Positions 1 through 10,792 of a stretch of DNA of 64,000 nt are shown one piece after another. The translations under genes were made by a program, and so were the position numbers. Position 1 is the first letter of the stretch; each line of letters opens with the position of its first letter. Source of the stretch: Mobula hypostoma (Eukaryota). Below the pieces are notes generated by a model that was given only the letters and a program-made list of their open reading frames with translations, did not search any database and was not told the DNA's origin. The stretch spans positions 124,001 through 188,000 of the forward strand of contig NC_086109.1 of NCBI RefSeq assembly GCF_963921235.1, read 5' to 3'.

Positions 1-724
1 TTATAAAAATCACAAAGAGGAGGGGTCCCAGAACAGATCCCTGCTAAAACACCACCAGTCACTGACCGCTATGCAGAATACAAACCAGCTACATCCACCC
101 TTTGCCTTCTGTGGGCAAACCAGTTCTGGATCCACAAAGCAAGGTCTCCTTGGATCCCATGCCTCCTTATTTTCTGAATGAGCCTTGCATGGTGAACCTT
201 ATCAAATGCCTTACTGAAATCCATATACACTACATCCACTGCTCTACCTTCATCAATGTGTTTTGTTACATCCTCAAAGAACTTAATCAGGCTTGTAAGG
301 CATGACCCACCCTTGACAAAGCCATGCTGACTATCCCTAATCAGATTATGTCTCTCCAAATGCTCATAAATCCTGCCTCTCAGGATCTTCGCCAACAATT
401 TGCCCACCACTGAAGTAAGACTCACTGGTCTATAATTTCCTGGGTTACCTCTACTCCATTTCTTGAACAAGAGAACATTTGCAACTCTCCAATCCTCCAG
501 TTCTTCTCCCTTCCCTATTGATGATGCACAGATCATCGCCAGAGGCTCAGCAATTTCCTCCCTTGCTTCCCACAATAGCCTAGAGAATATGCCATCCAGT
601 CCCAGCGATTTATCTAACTTAATGCTTTTCAAAAGCTCCAAAACATCCTCTTTCCTAATGCCTATATGCACAAGCATTTCAGTCTGCTGTAGATCATCCC
701 CACAATTATCAAGGTCCTTTTTCC
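1..724 (-). mobile_element. CR1-clade LINE fragment, ORF2 reverse transcriptase N-terminal part (runs off the window edge)
   Basis: ORF 69..842(-) contains KLDKSLGLDGI, NYRPVSLTSVVGKLL, SQHGFVKGGSCLTSL, VDVVYMDFSKAFDKV and WIQNWFAHRRQRV, all typical CR1 RT motifs. It has a stop at 69 and a degraded continuation. Its first ~40 aa come from the adjacent minisatellite. Confidence 0.95.
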
Positions 725-3700
725 TCCCCAACCTATTTCTCCGTCTGTCTCCATCCCAATCTCTACCCAATACTTCTCGCCGACTGCCCCATTCCATCTG
801 TCTGCCAATCTCTCCCCAACACCTCTCTCCACTTGTTGCCATTCAATCTCTTCTCATCACCTCTGTCCATCAGTCCCATCCCATTCTATTCCCAACACCT
901 CAATCTGTCTTTTCCCATCCCAATCTCTTCCAACATTTCATCACCTGTCCTCATCCCATTCTCCATCACCTCTCTGACAGACTTCTCTCCGTCTGTCTCC
1001 ATTTCAATGACTCCACAAAACCTTTCCCAATCATTCCCCAACTGCTCTCCCCGCCTGTCCCTTCCCCAATCACATCCCATCACCTCTCTGACCATTCCCT
1101 TCGCAATCTCTTCCTAACACCTGTCTGCCTGTCCCCATCCCAATCTATCTCCAACACCTTTCTCCATCTGTTCCCATCAATCATTCCCCCAAAACCTCTC
1201 TCTATACTCATTGCAGTCTCCCCAACACCTCTCTCTGTCCCCATCCCAATCTCTTCCCAACACCTCTCTCCATTAGTCCCCGTCCCAATCTATTCCCAAC
1301 ACTTCTCCCTGCTTATCTCCATCTAAATATCTCCCCAACACCTTGATGTCTTTTCCCATCCCAATCTCTTCCAACATCTCAGCACATCCTCATCCCATCC
1401 TTCATCACCTCTCTGTGTCTCCATTGCAATGACTCTACAAAACCTTCCCCAATCTTCCCCCAAGTGCACTCCCTGCCTGTTCTCTTCCGAATCTTTCCCC
1501 ATCACCTGCCTACCCTGTCACAATCTTCCCAAAACCTCTCTCTGCCTCTTCCCATCCCAATCTCTCCCCAACACCTCTCTCTGCCTGTGCCCATCCCGAT
1601 CTCCAAACATCTCTCTCCACCTGTCCCAATCTCAATCTGTCTCCCTGTTAGATGGCATCTGATTCTCTCACCCCATCACCTCTCACTGCCTGTCCCAAAC
1701 CCAATCATTCCTCAATGCCTGTGTCTGCCTGTCACTCTCTCAATCTCTCGCCCCATCAGCCCCATCCCAATGACTCCCCAACACCTCTCTTCGTCTGTCC
1801 CAGCCCAATCTCTTCCCAACACCCTTCTCCACCTGTCCCCATCACAATCTCACCCCAACACCTCTCCCCATTCCAAGCTCTCCCCAACACCTCTGACCCC
1901 GTCTGCATCCAATTTTCTCCCCAGCACCCCTCTCTGACTGTCCCCATCCCAATCACTCATCAACACCTCTCTGTCTGAACCCACCCGACTCTCACCAACC
2001 TTTCTCCACCTGTCCCCATCCCAATCGCTCTGCAACACCTCCCTCTATCTGTCTCCATCCTAATCTCTCACCAACACCTCTCTCCACCAGTCCCGATCTC
2101 AATCTCTCTCCTCATCAGACCGCATCCCAATGTCCCTCCACATCACTTCACTCCATCTGTCCGAATCACAATCTCTTTCCACCGCTCCCCATCTTAATCC
2201 ATTCCCAGCATGTTTCCATCTGTCCACAAGCTAATCTCTCCCCAACACCTTGCTCCGCCTGTTCCATCCCAATCTTTCCCCAACACCTCTGTATGCCTGT
2301 CCCCATCCCAGTCAACCCAAAACCTCTCTCTGTCTTGTCCCCATCTCGATCTCCTAACACCTCTCTCCACCTGTCCCTATGTCAATCTCTCTCCCAGTCA
2401 GACCGCATCCAAATCTCTCTCCCCATCACCTCATGCTGCCTGTACTATCCCAATTTCCCAATACCTCTCTCCGTCTGTTCCATCCTATCTCTTCCCAACA
2501 CCTTTCTCCGCCTGTCCCCATCACAATCTCATCCCACCACTCTCTACCTGTTCCCATCCCAATCACTCCCCAACACCTCTCTCCGTCTGTCCCATCCCAA
2601 TCTCTTCCCAATACATTTCTCTACCTCTCATCTCAATCTCTCCCCATCACCTCCCTCGTCTGTCCCATTCACAATCTCTTCTGAACACCTCTGCCTGCCT
2701 GTTCCCAACCCAATCTCACCCCACCACTCTCTGCCTGATCCCATCTGAATCACTCCCCAACAACTCTCTATGCCTGTCCCCATCCCAGTCTCTCCCCATC
2801 AATTCTGTCTGTCCCATTCCCAATCTCTTCCGAATACCTCTGTAAGTCTGTTCCCATCCCTATCTACCCCCAACACTTCTCACCGTTTGACCCCATCCAA
2901 ATCTCTTCCCAACTCCTCTCTGCCTGTCATCCCAATGTCTCTCTATTGTCACTCTCCTCCTGTCCAGATCCCAATCCCTCCCCATCACTTCTCTCTGTCT
3001 GCCCCATTCCAATCTCTTCCGAACACCTCTGTCTGCCTGTTCCCATCTCAATCTCACCCCAACAGCTTGATCCATTGTCCCTATCACAAGCTTTTCCCAA
3101 CTCCTCTTCCCACCTGTCCCCATTCCAATCTATCTTCACCACTTCTTTGTCTTTCCCCATTCCCAACACCTCACTGCGTCTGTACTCATCCCAATCTCCA
3201 CCCAACACCTCTCTCCGCCTGCCTGCATCCCAATGTCTCCTCAATACCTCTCTTCATCTGTCTCCATTGCAACATCTCCCCAACACCTTTCTCCACCTGT
3301 CCCCATTCCAATCTCACCCCAACACCTCTCTCCATTTGTCGTCATCCCAATCTCCTCCCATCACCTCTCTCTGTCAGTTCCATCTCAATCTCTCCCCAAC
3401 ACCTCCATCTGTTCCCATCCCAATCTCTCCCAACACCTCTCTCCACTTATCCCCATCCCAATCATTCTTCAGCACCACTCTCTAACTATCCCCATCCCAA
3501 TCACTCCCAAAAACTTCTGTCACATCCCAATCCCTCCCTAACATTTTACCCCATTCCAATCTCTTCCCAACCCCTTTCTGACTGTCCCCATCCCAGACTC
3601 CCAACCTTTCTCCACCTGTCCCCATCCCAATCTCTCTCCATCTGTCCTCATCCCAATCTTTCATCAACACCGCTCTCCACCTGTCCCAATCTCAATCTCT

Positions 3701-5025
3701 CTCCACGTCAGACCGCATCCCAATGTCTCTCCCCATCATTTCTCTCCACCTGTCCCAATCACAATCTCTCCTTCCACCGCTCATCTTAATCTATTCCCAA
3801 CACCTGTTTCCATCTGTCCCCATGCTAATCTCTCCCCAACACCTCTTTCTGCCTGTCTCATCTAAATCTCTTTCCAACACCGCACTGTCTGTTCAGATCC
3901 CAATGTTTCCCCAACACCTCTCTCCACCTGTCCCCATCTCGATTACTCAACACCTCGCTGCCTGTCTCCATCCCAATCTCTTACCAATACCTCTGTTTGT
4001 CCCCACCCCAATCTCTCCCCAACACCTCTCTCTGCCTGTTCCCATCCAATCTCTCTCCAACTGCTCGATCCATCTGTTCCCATCTCAATCTCTCTTAACA
4101 TGGCCCCATCGCAATCTCTCCCTCTCCCCGTCAGTCCCCATTCCAATCATTCCCCAACGCCTGTCTGTCCACATCCCAATTTCTCCCCAACACCATTCTC
4201 CATCTGTCCCCTTCTCAGTATCACCCCAGCACCTATCTCTGCCCTTCCCCATCCCAATCTCTCTCCCTATTCCCACCTGTCTCAATTTGTCTCTGCCCAA
4301 CACCTCTGGCTGCCTGTCCGCATCCAGATCTCTTTCCACCACCACTTTCCAACTGCCTTCATTCTAATTTCTCCTGAACACACCTCTTTGTCTATCCACA
4401 TCCCAATCACACCCAACATCTCTGTCGGACTATCTCCATCTAATCTCTCCAACACCTTTCTCTGCCTGTCCCATCCCAATCAATTCCCAGCTGCTCTGTC
4501 TGTCTGTCTGTCCCCATTGGAAAGCCTCCACAACACCTCTCTCTGTCTGACCTATCCCAATCTCTTCCCAACATCTGTGTTTGTCCCCGTCTCTATCTCT
4601 CCCCAAAACTTCTCTCCATCTATCCCCATCTCAACATCTCCCAAACACCACTCTCTGTTCTTCCCTATTGCATATTTTCTTGAGCACCTGTTTGTCCCCT
4701 TCCCAATCTCTTCCCATCACGTGTCTGTCCCCATCCAATCACTTCCCAACACATTTGTCCATCCCCATTCCAATCTCTTCCCATCACATCTGTCTGTCCC
4801 CTTCCCAATCTCTTCCCATCACATCTGTCTGTCCCCATCCCAATCTCTTCCCATCACATCCATCTGTACCCATCCCAATCTCTTCCCAACACCTTTCACC
4901 ATGTGATCCCCAACCCCTCGATCCATCTGTTTCCATCCTAATCTCTTCCAACACATCTCTTCGTCTGTCCCCATCCCAATTGCTTCTGTTTCTGTACCGT
5001 CTATCCTCTCCCCATCACTCCTCTC
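725..5025. repeat. Degenerate C-rich minisatellite, unit ~35-38 bp (approx. CTGTCCCCATCCCAATCTCTTCCCAACACCTCTCTC)
   Basis: The ccatcccaatctc..cccaacacct motif recurs throughout. Further copies lie at ~5340-5525 and ~5875-6100. Confidence 0.9.
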
Positions 5026-5029
5026 TGTT

Positions 5030-5312
5030 TAGTCATTTACCACATCGTGCTATCAGAGACACCCTGTGAAATACTACTATCGTTTCTCATCTGGACGGTG
5101 TGAAAGCGCATCCATTACTATTAATATTACAGTAATTCTCACACTGCCATCTTATCAATGTGAACATGGAAATCTTGCACATCTTGTAATCTTTGATTTG
5201 TAAACCTTGTACATTATATTTTTAAGGTAACTTATATTTTTATTCTTTCTTACTTCTAATATTTGTGCACAGTGAAACTGTAATTTCGTTTGGGATCAAT
5301 AACATATCTATC
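5030..5312 (+). mobile_element. Retroposon (Rex1/Babar- or L2-like LINE) 3' end, copy 1
   Basis: AT-rich segment ending in taatttcgtttgggatcaataacatatctatct, the same tail motif as aatttcccccgggatcaataaagtatgact at ~27300. Confidence 0.55.
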
Positions 5313-5534
5313 TGCCTGCATACCAATCACCTCAGATAATCTGTGCCCATCCCATCCTCTCCGCCTGCTACCATTGCAACCACTCGCCATCACCTGTTTG
5401 TCCCCATCCCAATCTGTCCTGAAAACCTCTCTCCATCTGTCCCCAGCCCAATCGCTACCTTTTCTGTCCCCAGCCCAATCTCTCCCTTTTCTGTCCCCTG
5501 CCCAATCTCTCCCCATCACTTTTCTCTGACTGCT

Positions 5535-5790
5535 TAGTCGTTTGCCACATCCTGTTATTGCAGACATCCTGAGCAATACTACTACCACTTCTCATCTGGA
5601 CAGTGTGAATGCATCCATTACTGTATAATTATCACTGTAGTTCTTGCACTACCACCTTATCAATGTAAACTTGGAAATCTTGCAGATCTTGGAACCCTTG
5701 ACTTGTAAAGCTTGTACATCTTATTTTTAAGGCAATTTTTTTTATTCTTTCTTACTTCTAATAATTGTACATTGTGCACTTGTAATGCTG
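5535..5790 (+). mobile_element. Diverged second copy of the same retroposon 3' segment
   Basis: Colinear with 5030-5285: shares ccacatc, aatactacta, tctcatctggac, gcatccattact, ttatcaatgt, ggaaatcttgca and ttattctttcttacttctaata. Confidence 0.7.
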
Positions 5791-6099
5791 CTGTGTTGGG
5801 AAGTGATTGGTATGTGGGTAGATAGAGAGATGTGTCATTGATCCAGAAGGAAATCACAGTGTCACAGTAGCGCTCACTGTCTCCAGCACAATCTCTCCCC
5901 GTCACCTCTCTCTGCATGTCCCCATCCCAATCTCTTCTCTCTCTGTCCCATCTGCCTTCTTCTCAAAATCTCTGACCAACTGTCTCCATCCCAATCTCTC
6001 CCCAACACCTCTTCGCTTGTCTCCAACCCAATTTCTCTTTCCCTGTCCGCACCTCAATCTTTCTCTGCTTGTCCCTATCTCAATCTCTCCATTTGTCCC

Positions 6100-7285
6100 T
6101 GTACTCTCACCTCACCTCTATCCCATCCTCCTTCTGCACCAACTCTCTCAGCCCCATTATCTCTCTCCACCGTCTTCCTCATTCCTGCCTCCCACCTCCT
6201 GTCCTTGTCTTTCTCTATTTCCCTACCCCTAATATCGATTCCTCCCTCTGTCCCTACCACCCCTCTCTCCCCTTTGCCTCTCCTGCATACTTTACCCACC
6301 ATTTGCTATCAACCCTCTTTCTGCCGTCGCCCTGTTCCATTCTGTCCCCAAAACCCCTTCTCTGCTCTTTACCCCTCTCCCTCTCTCCACTTCCCCGATG
6401 TCCTTCCCACACCTCCATTCCACTGCCCTCTTTCCCATCGCTTTCCTCTTTACCTGTCCCACCCTCCCCTTTCCTCGTCCCTCCTACCCCCTCTCCCACT
6501 CATCCCATGCTCCCTCTCTCCCCATCCTTCAGCCTCTCTCCTTCTCCAAGTCTCGTACCCATCTCTCTACCTTGCACCTGCCCCTCTCACACTCCAAATC
6601 CACTTACCTCCTGTCTGTGCCCATTCTCAGCCATATCCGCTTACTTCCCCTGTGTGATTCTCCCAAACTTCTCTTCATCTTCCAGCCCTACCCCTTCTCC
6701 ATTTTCCCACACCTGCTCCTCTCTGTCCATGTTCCCGTCTCTCTTCCTCTCCTGTCTACATCCCTCTCTCCTTCCCTCACTGTCAGTCTCCCAATAACCT
6801 TACCTCGCACTCTTCCCCAACAAACCCCTCTCCCTCTAACCCTGTCCCTCACCCCCCTCTCCCTGCATCTCCTTTCCCTGGTCCATTGCCTCCCATTCTC
6901 CATCCCACTGACCCCACCCCTCTATCTCCTTCCCCTCTTTATCTGTCCCTGCACCCTTTTCTCCCCCTCCCCGCTCTTCCCCATCCCTGTCTCCTCTCCA
7001 TCCCCTACAGCCTGCTGTCTCTCCCTGACCTCACGCTCTCCATGTTCCCGTACTCCGGTGCCCCCAACCTCCCCCCTCACCTTCCCGTCCTTTCCCTGCA
7101 GCCTCTCTCCCTCCCTCTTCTACCACTCATTCTCCAACCCCTGTCTCTATATTTTTCTATTGCCCCGCGCTCTCTCATCGCCCCCGCCCCGCTGTCATCC
7201 CACTCACACACTCTCTAACCCTGTCCCTTCCCCTAAGCCCTGTGTCTCTCCCTCCTCTCGTCGTCTCCCGTTCTGCTTTCCCTGC
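6100..7285. repeat. Low-complexity polypyrimidine (C/T-rich) tract
   Basis: Strong C/T bias with no stable repeat unit. Confidence 0.8.
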
Positions 7286-7805
7286 AGCGAGCTCCGATCC
7301 CGGCTCCGGCCCGGATCCCTGCCTCTCCTGTCGGGAAGCACGGAGGCCTTTGTTCAGCCGGGTTAGGCAGGGGCCTTCTGCGGCAGCTGCTCCTCCCCCC
7401 AACCCCACTCTCTTCCTCCTGCCCCCCACCCCCCACCGTCCATCCCGGCTCTCTGTGACACGAGGGAGGGTCCAAGCCTCCCCCCCAACCCCCTCCCACA
7501 CCCACCCCTGCCCCTCCGCTCACCCACGGCCCAGCTCCCATTCACAGGCTGCAGAGCCTTTCGCCGGTCCGGTCAGGGAGGAGTGCCCATCCCCCCGTGC
7601 TGGCTGTCCGTCCCCTCCCCCTCCCCACCCGCACCCCCCCCCCCCAATCCGCGCCGCTCAGCCCGCCCCCAGCTCCCGGCCCCCGGAGAGGCCACGGCCC
7701 TCCCCTCCAACACACATGCAAGCCAGCCATAGGCTGGTTGCTGCGGCGCAGCGCATTATGGGAAAAAGGACCAGCCATTGTCGAGCAGAAGCAACGCTGG
7801 AAGAC
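7260..7805. promoter_or_regulatory. CpG island / probable promoter
   Basis: Local CpG enrichment in CpG-poor surroundings. Contains CCAAT at 7644-7648, a GC box cccgcccc at 7662-7669 and a ZNF143 site at 7746-7765. Confidence 0.65.
7746..7765 (-). promoter_or_regulatory. ZNF143/Staf binding site (SBS/SPH element)
   Basis: The minus strand reads TTTCCCATAATGCGCTGCGC, matching the YYTCCCANNRTNCNNYGCRR consensus at all but the last position. Confidence 0.65.
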
Positions 7806-7920
7806 AGAGGGGAGCGGAATGGGGAAGGGAGGTGGCGAAGACAAGAGAGAGGGAAGAGAGGAGAGGGGTGTGGAAGATGACAGCAGAGAGGGAGGGGGTG
7901 GGGTTGGGGAGAGGTAGAAA

Positions 7921-8000
7921 ATTGGGGGGAGGGGTGGAACATGGGGGGGAGGGGTGGAACATGGGGGGGAGGGGTGGAACATGGGGGGGAGGGGAGGAAC
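7921..8000. repeat. 20-bp tandem repeat (ATGGGGGGGAGGGGTGGAAC) x ~4
   Basis: Directly visible. Confidence 0.9.
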
Positions 8001-8820
8001 ATGGGGGGGGAGGGGAGGGGATGGAGGGGAGGGGAGGGGATGGGATGGGGGGAGGGGAGGGGATGGGATGGGGGAGAGGGGAGGGGAGGGGGAGGGGGAG
8101 AGGGGAGGGGAGGGGGAGGGGGAGGGGGAGAGGGGAGGGGAGGGGGAGGGGGGAGGGGAGGGGAGGGGGAGGGGGGAGGGGAGGGGGAGGGGGGAGGGGG
8201 GAGGGGAGGGGGAGGGGGGAGGGGAGGGGAGGGGGAGGGGGGAGGGGGGGAGGGGAGGGGAGGGGGGGGAGGGGGAGGGGGGAGGGGAGGGGAGGGGGAG
8301 GGGGAGGGGGAGGGGGAGGGGGAGGGGGGAGGGGGGGGAGGGGGAGGGGGGAGGGGGGGGGGGGGGGAGGGGGGAGGGGGGAGGGGGGGGGGGGGGGGAG
8401 AGGGGGGAGGGGAGGGGGGGAGAGGGGGGAGGGGGGAGGGGGGAGAGGGGGGGGGGAGAGGGGGGAGGGGGGAGAGGGGGGAGGGGAGGGGGGGGAGGGG
8501 GGGGGGGGGGAGGGGGGAGAGGGGAGGGAGGGGGGAGAGGGGAGGGGAGGGAGGGGGAGAGGGGAGGGGAGGGAGGGGGGAGGGGAGGGGGGAGGGGGGA
8601 GAGGGGAGGGGGGGGAGGGGGGAGAGGGGAGGGGGGGAGGGGAGGGGGAGAGGAGGGGAGGGGGAGAGGAGGAGGGGGGGAGGGGGAGAGGAGGAGGGGG
8701 GGAGGGGGGGGAGGGGAGGGGAGGAGGGGGGGAGGGGGAGGGGAGGGGGGAGGGGGGAGGAGGGGGGGAGGGGGAGGGGAGGAGGGGGGGAGGGGGAGGG
8801 GGGAGGCGGGAGGGGCTGGG
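8001..8820. repeat. Polypurine G/A tract built from (GnA) runs
   Basis: From ~8070 to 8805 the + strand contains only G and A. Confidence 0.95.
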
Positions 8821-9069
8821 GTATAAGGGAGGGGTAGGGGTGGGGCCTAGAGGGAGGGGGTGGGGCATGGGCGAGAGGTAGTGAGGTAGGGAGTGGGGCA
8901 TAGAGGGAGGGGAGGGGGAGAAGAGGGAGGGTGGCAGTTGGGGAGTAGCATTTTTTCCTTTGGTACTCATGCTCCCTGACACTTAAGGACCTCTGGCATG
9001 TTCCTGGTGTCTTCCCTGATAAGAACTGGGTTATTACACAACACCCAATCTAAAATAGCCTTTCCCCGC

Positions 9070-9449
9070 AACATGCACAAAATGCTGGTGGAATGCAGCA
9101 GTCCAGGCAGCATCTATAGGAAGAGGTACAGTCGACGTTTCGGGCCGAGACCCTTCGTCAGGACTAACGGAAAGAAGAGATAGTAAGAGATTTGAAAGTG
9201 GGAGGGGAAGGGGAGACCCGAAATGACAGGAGAAGACAGGACGGGGAGGGATGGAGCCAAGAGCTGGACAGGTGATTGGCAAAAGGGATACGAGGCTGGA
9301 GAAGGGGGAGTATCACAGGATGGAAGGCCTTGGAAGAAAGAAAGGGGGAGAGGAGCACCAAAGGAAGATGGAGAACAGGCAAGGAGTTATTGTGAGAGGG
9401 AAAGAGAGAGAGAGAGAGAGAGAATGAATGAATGAATGAATGAATGAAC
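9070..9449 (-). mobile_element. Penelope-like element terminal (pLTR/3' UTR) copy in inverted orientation
   Basis: Reverse complement of ~9690-10025 (e.g. aatgctggtggaa vs ttccaccagcatt; ctggacaggtgattggcaaaagggatacgaggctggagaaggggg vs cccccttctccagcctcgtatcccttttgccaatcacctgtccag). Ends in a (GA)n(GAAT)n microsatellite. Confidence 0.8.
9130..9165 (-). ncRNA. Minimal type I hammerhead ribozyme motif (Penelope-associated)
   Basis: The minus strand reads AGTC-CTGACGA-A-GGGT-CTCG-GCCC-GAAA-CG-TC-GACT. This gives stem I AGTC/GACT, the CUGANGA box, stem II GGGT/GCCC, the GAAA box, a palindromic ACGT stem III and a GUC cleavage triplet. Confidence 0.8.
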
Positions 9450-10065
9450 AAGCAGGATCTCCCAGTGGCCACACATTTTAATTCCGTGTCCCATTCCCAT
9501 TCCGCTATGTCTCTCCATGGCCTCCACTACTGTTGAGATGAAGCCACACTCAGGTTGGAGGAACAACACCTTATATTCCATCTGGGTAGTCTCCAACCTG
9601 ATGGCATGAACATTGACTTCTCAAACTTATGTTAATGCCCCACCTCCCCCTCGTACCCCACCTGTTATTTATTTATGTATTCATTTATTTCTCTCTCTCT
9701 CTCTCTCTGTCCCTTTCACAATAACTCCTCGCCTGTTCTCCATCTTCCTCTTGTGCTCCCCTCCCCCTTTCTTTCTCCCCAGGTCTCCCGTCCTGTGATA
9801 CTCCCCCTTCTCCAGCCTCGTATCCCTTTTGCCAATCACCTGTCCAGCTCTTAGCTCTATCTCTCCCCCTCCTGTCTTCTCCTATCATTTCGGGTCTCCC
9901 CCTCCCCCTCCCACTTTCAAATCTCGTACTATCTCTTTTTTTCTGTTAGTCCTGACGAAGGGTCTCAGCCTGAATTATCGACTATGGATGCTGTCTGGCC
10001 TGCTGCGTTCCACCAGCATTTTATGTGAGTTGCTTGAATTTCCAGCATTTGCAGATTTTCTCCTG
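9450..10065 (+). mobile_element. 5'-truncated Penelope-like retroelement: GIY-YIG endonuclease C-terminal remnant plus 3' UTR/pLTR
   Basis: ~9456-9627 translates as DLPVATHFNSVSHSHSAMSLHGLHYC*DEATLRLEEQHLIFHLGSLQPDGMNIDFSN. This fits the PVAxHFN...RxxxExxxIxxLxxLxPxGxN C-terminus of PLE GIY-YIG domains. The HHR-bearing UTR follows. Confidence 0.85.
9948..9983 (+). ncRNA. Degenerate hammerhead ribozyme copy (probably inactive)
   Basis: Reads AGTC-CTGACGA-A-GGGT-CTCA-GCCT-GAAT-TA-TC-GACT; the GAAA box and stem III are mutated. Confidence 0.65.
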
Positions 10066-10792
10066 TTAGCCTTTTCCTGAGTAGGCTCAAGCACAAGCTG
10101 CTCGAAAAAGCCATCTCGTAGGCATTCAACAAATTCCCTCTCTTGCGATCTGACACCGACCTGATTTTCCAAACGCCCTTGCATATTGAAGTCCCCCATT
10201 ACAATTGTGACATTACCCTATTACATGCCTTTTCCAGTTCCCTTTGCAATCTCACCCCACATCCTGGCTACTATTTGGAGGCCGATATGTGATTCTCAGG
10301 ATGTTTTTTTTTACCTTTGCAGTTTCTTCACCCACAGATTCAACATTCTTTGACCCTACGTCACCTCTTTCTAAACATGTAATTCTATCTCTCACCAACA
10401 GAGCCACACCAATGCCTCTGCCTTCCTGCCTGTCCTTTTGATACAAAGTTTATCCTTCGATGTTAAGCTCCCGACTATGGCCTTCTTTCAGCCAAGACTC
10501 AGTGATGCCCACAACGTCATACCGACCAATCTCTAACTGTGCCACAAGTTCGTCCGAATGCCACGTGCATTAACAAACAGCACCTTCAGTCCAGCATTCT
10601 TCGCCCTTTCAAATTTAGCCTTTGTGGTACAATTTAACTCTATTCTCTTTCTGCAGTTGTACCCAATCATTAGCTTGTCCTTCCTTACATTCATGTTACA
10701 CCCGTCATCTACTTGTAAACCCGCTGGCTCGTCCTCAGCTCGGAGATCCCCATCCCTCTGCCATGTTAGTTTAAACTGCTCCCAACAGCTCT
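10066..10792 (-). mobile_element. CR1-clade LINE fragment, ORF1/ORF2 junction and AP-endonuclease domain
   Basis: Minus-strand pieces DRQEGRGIGVALLVRD, YRPPNSSQDVG, MGDFN and EFVECLRDGFFEQLVLEPT. The gtttaaactaa junction motif lies near 10770. The fragment is frameshifted. Confidence 0.9.

Noticed and set aside
725..5025. CRISPR-like array (~35-bp periodicity)
   Set aside because: There are no unique spacers and no cas genes, the units are degenerate and contiguous, and the context is eukaryotic.
7756..8982. Extensin/formin-like poly-Pro or Gly-rich protein
   Set aside because: Translation of a G/A low-complexity tract that is open in all frames.
9070..9200. tRNA-derived SINE head
   Set aside because: No convincing A/B boxes. 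The sequence is explained as an inverted copy of the Penelope 3' region.
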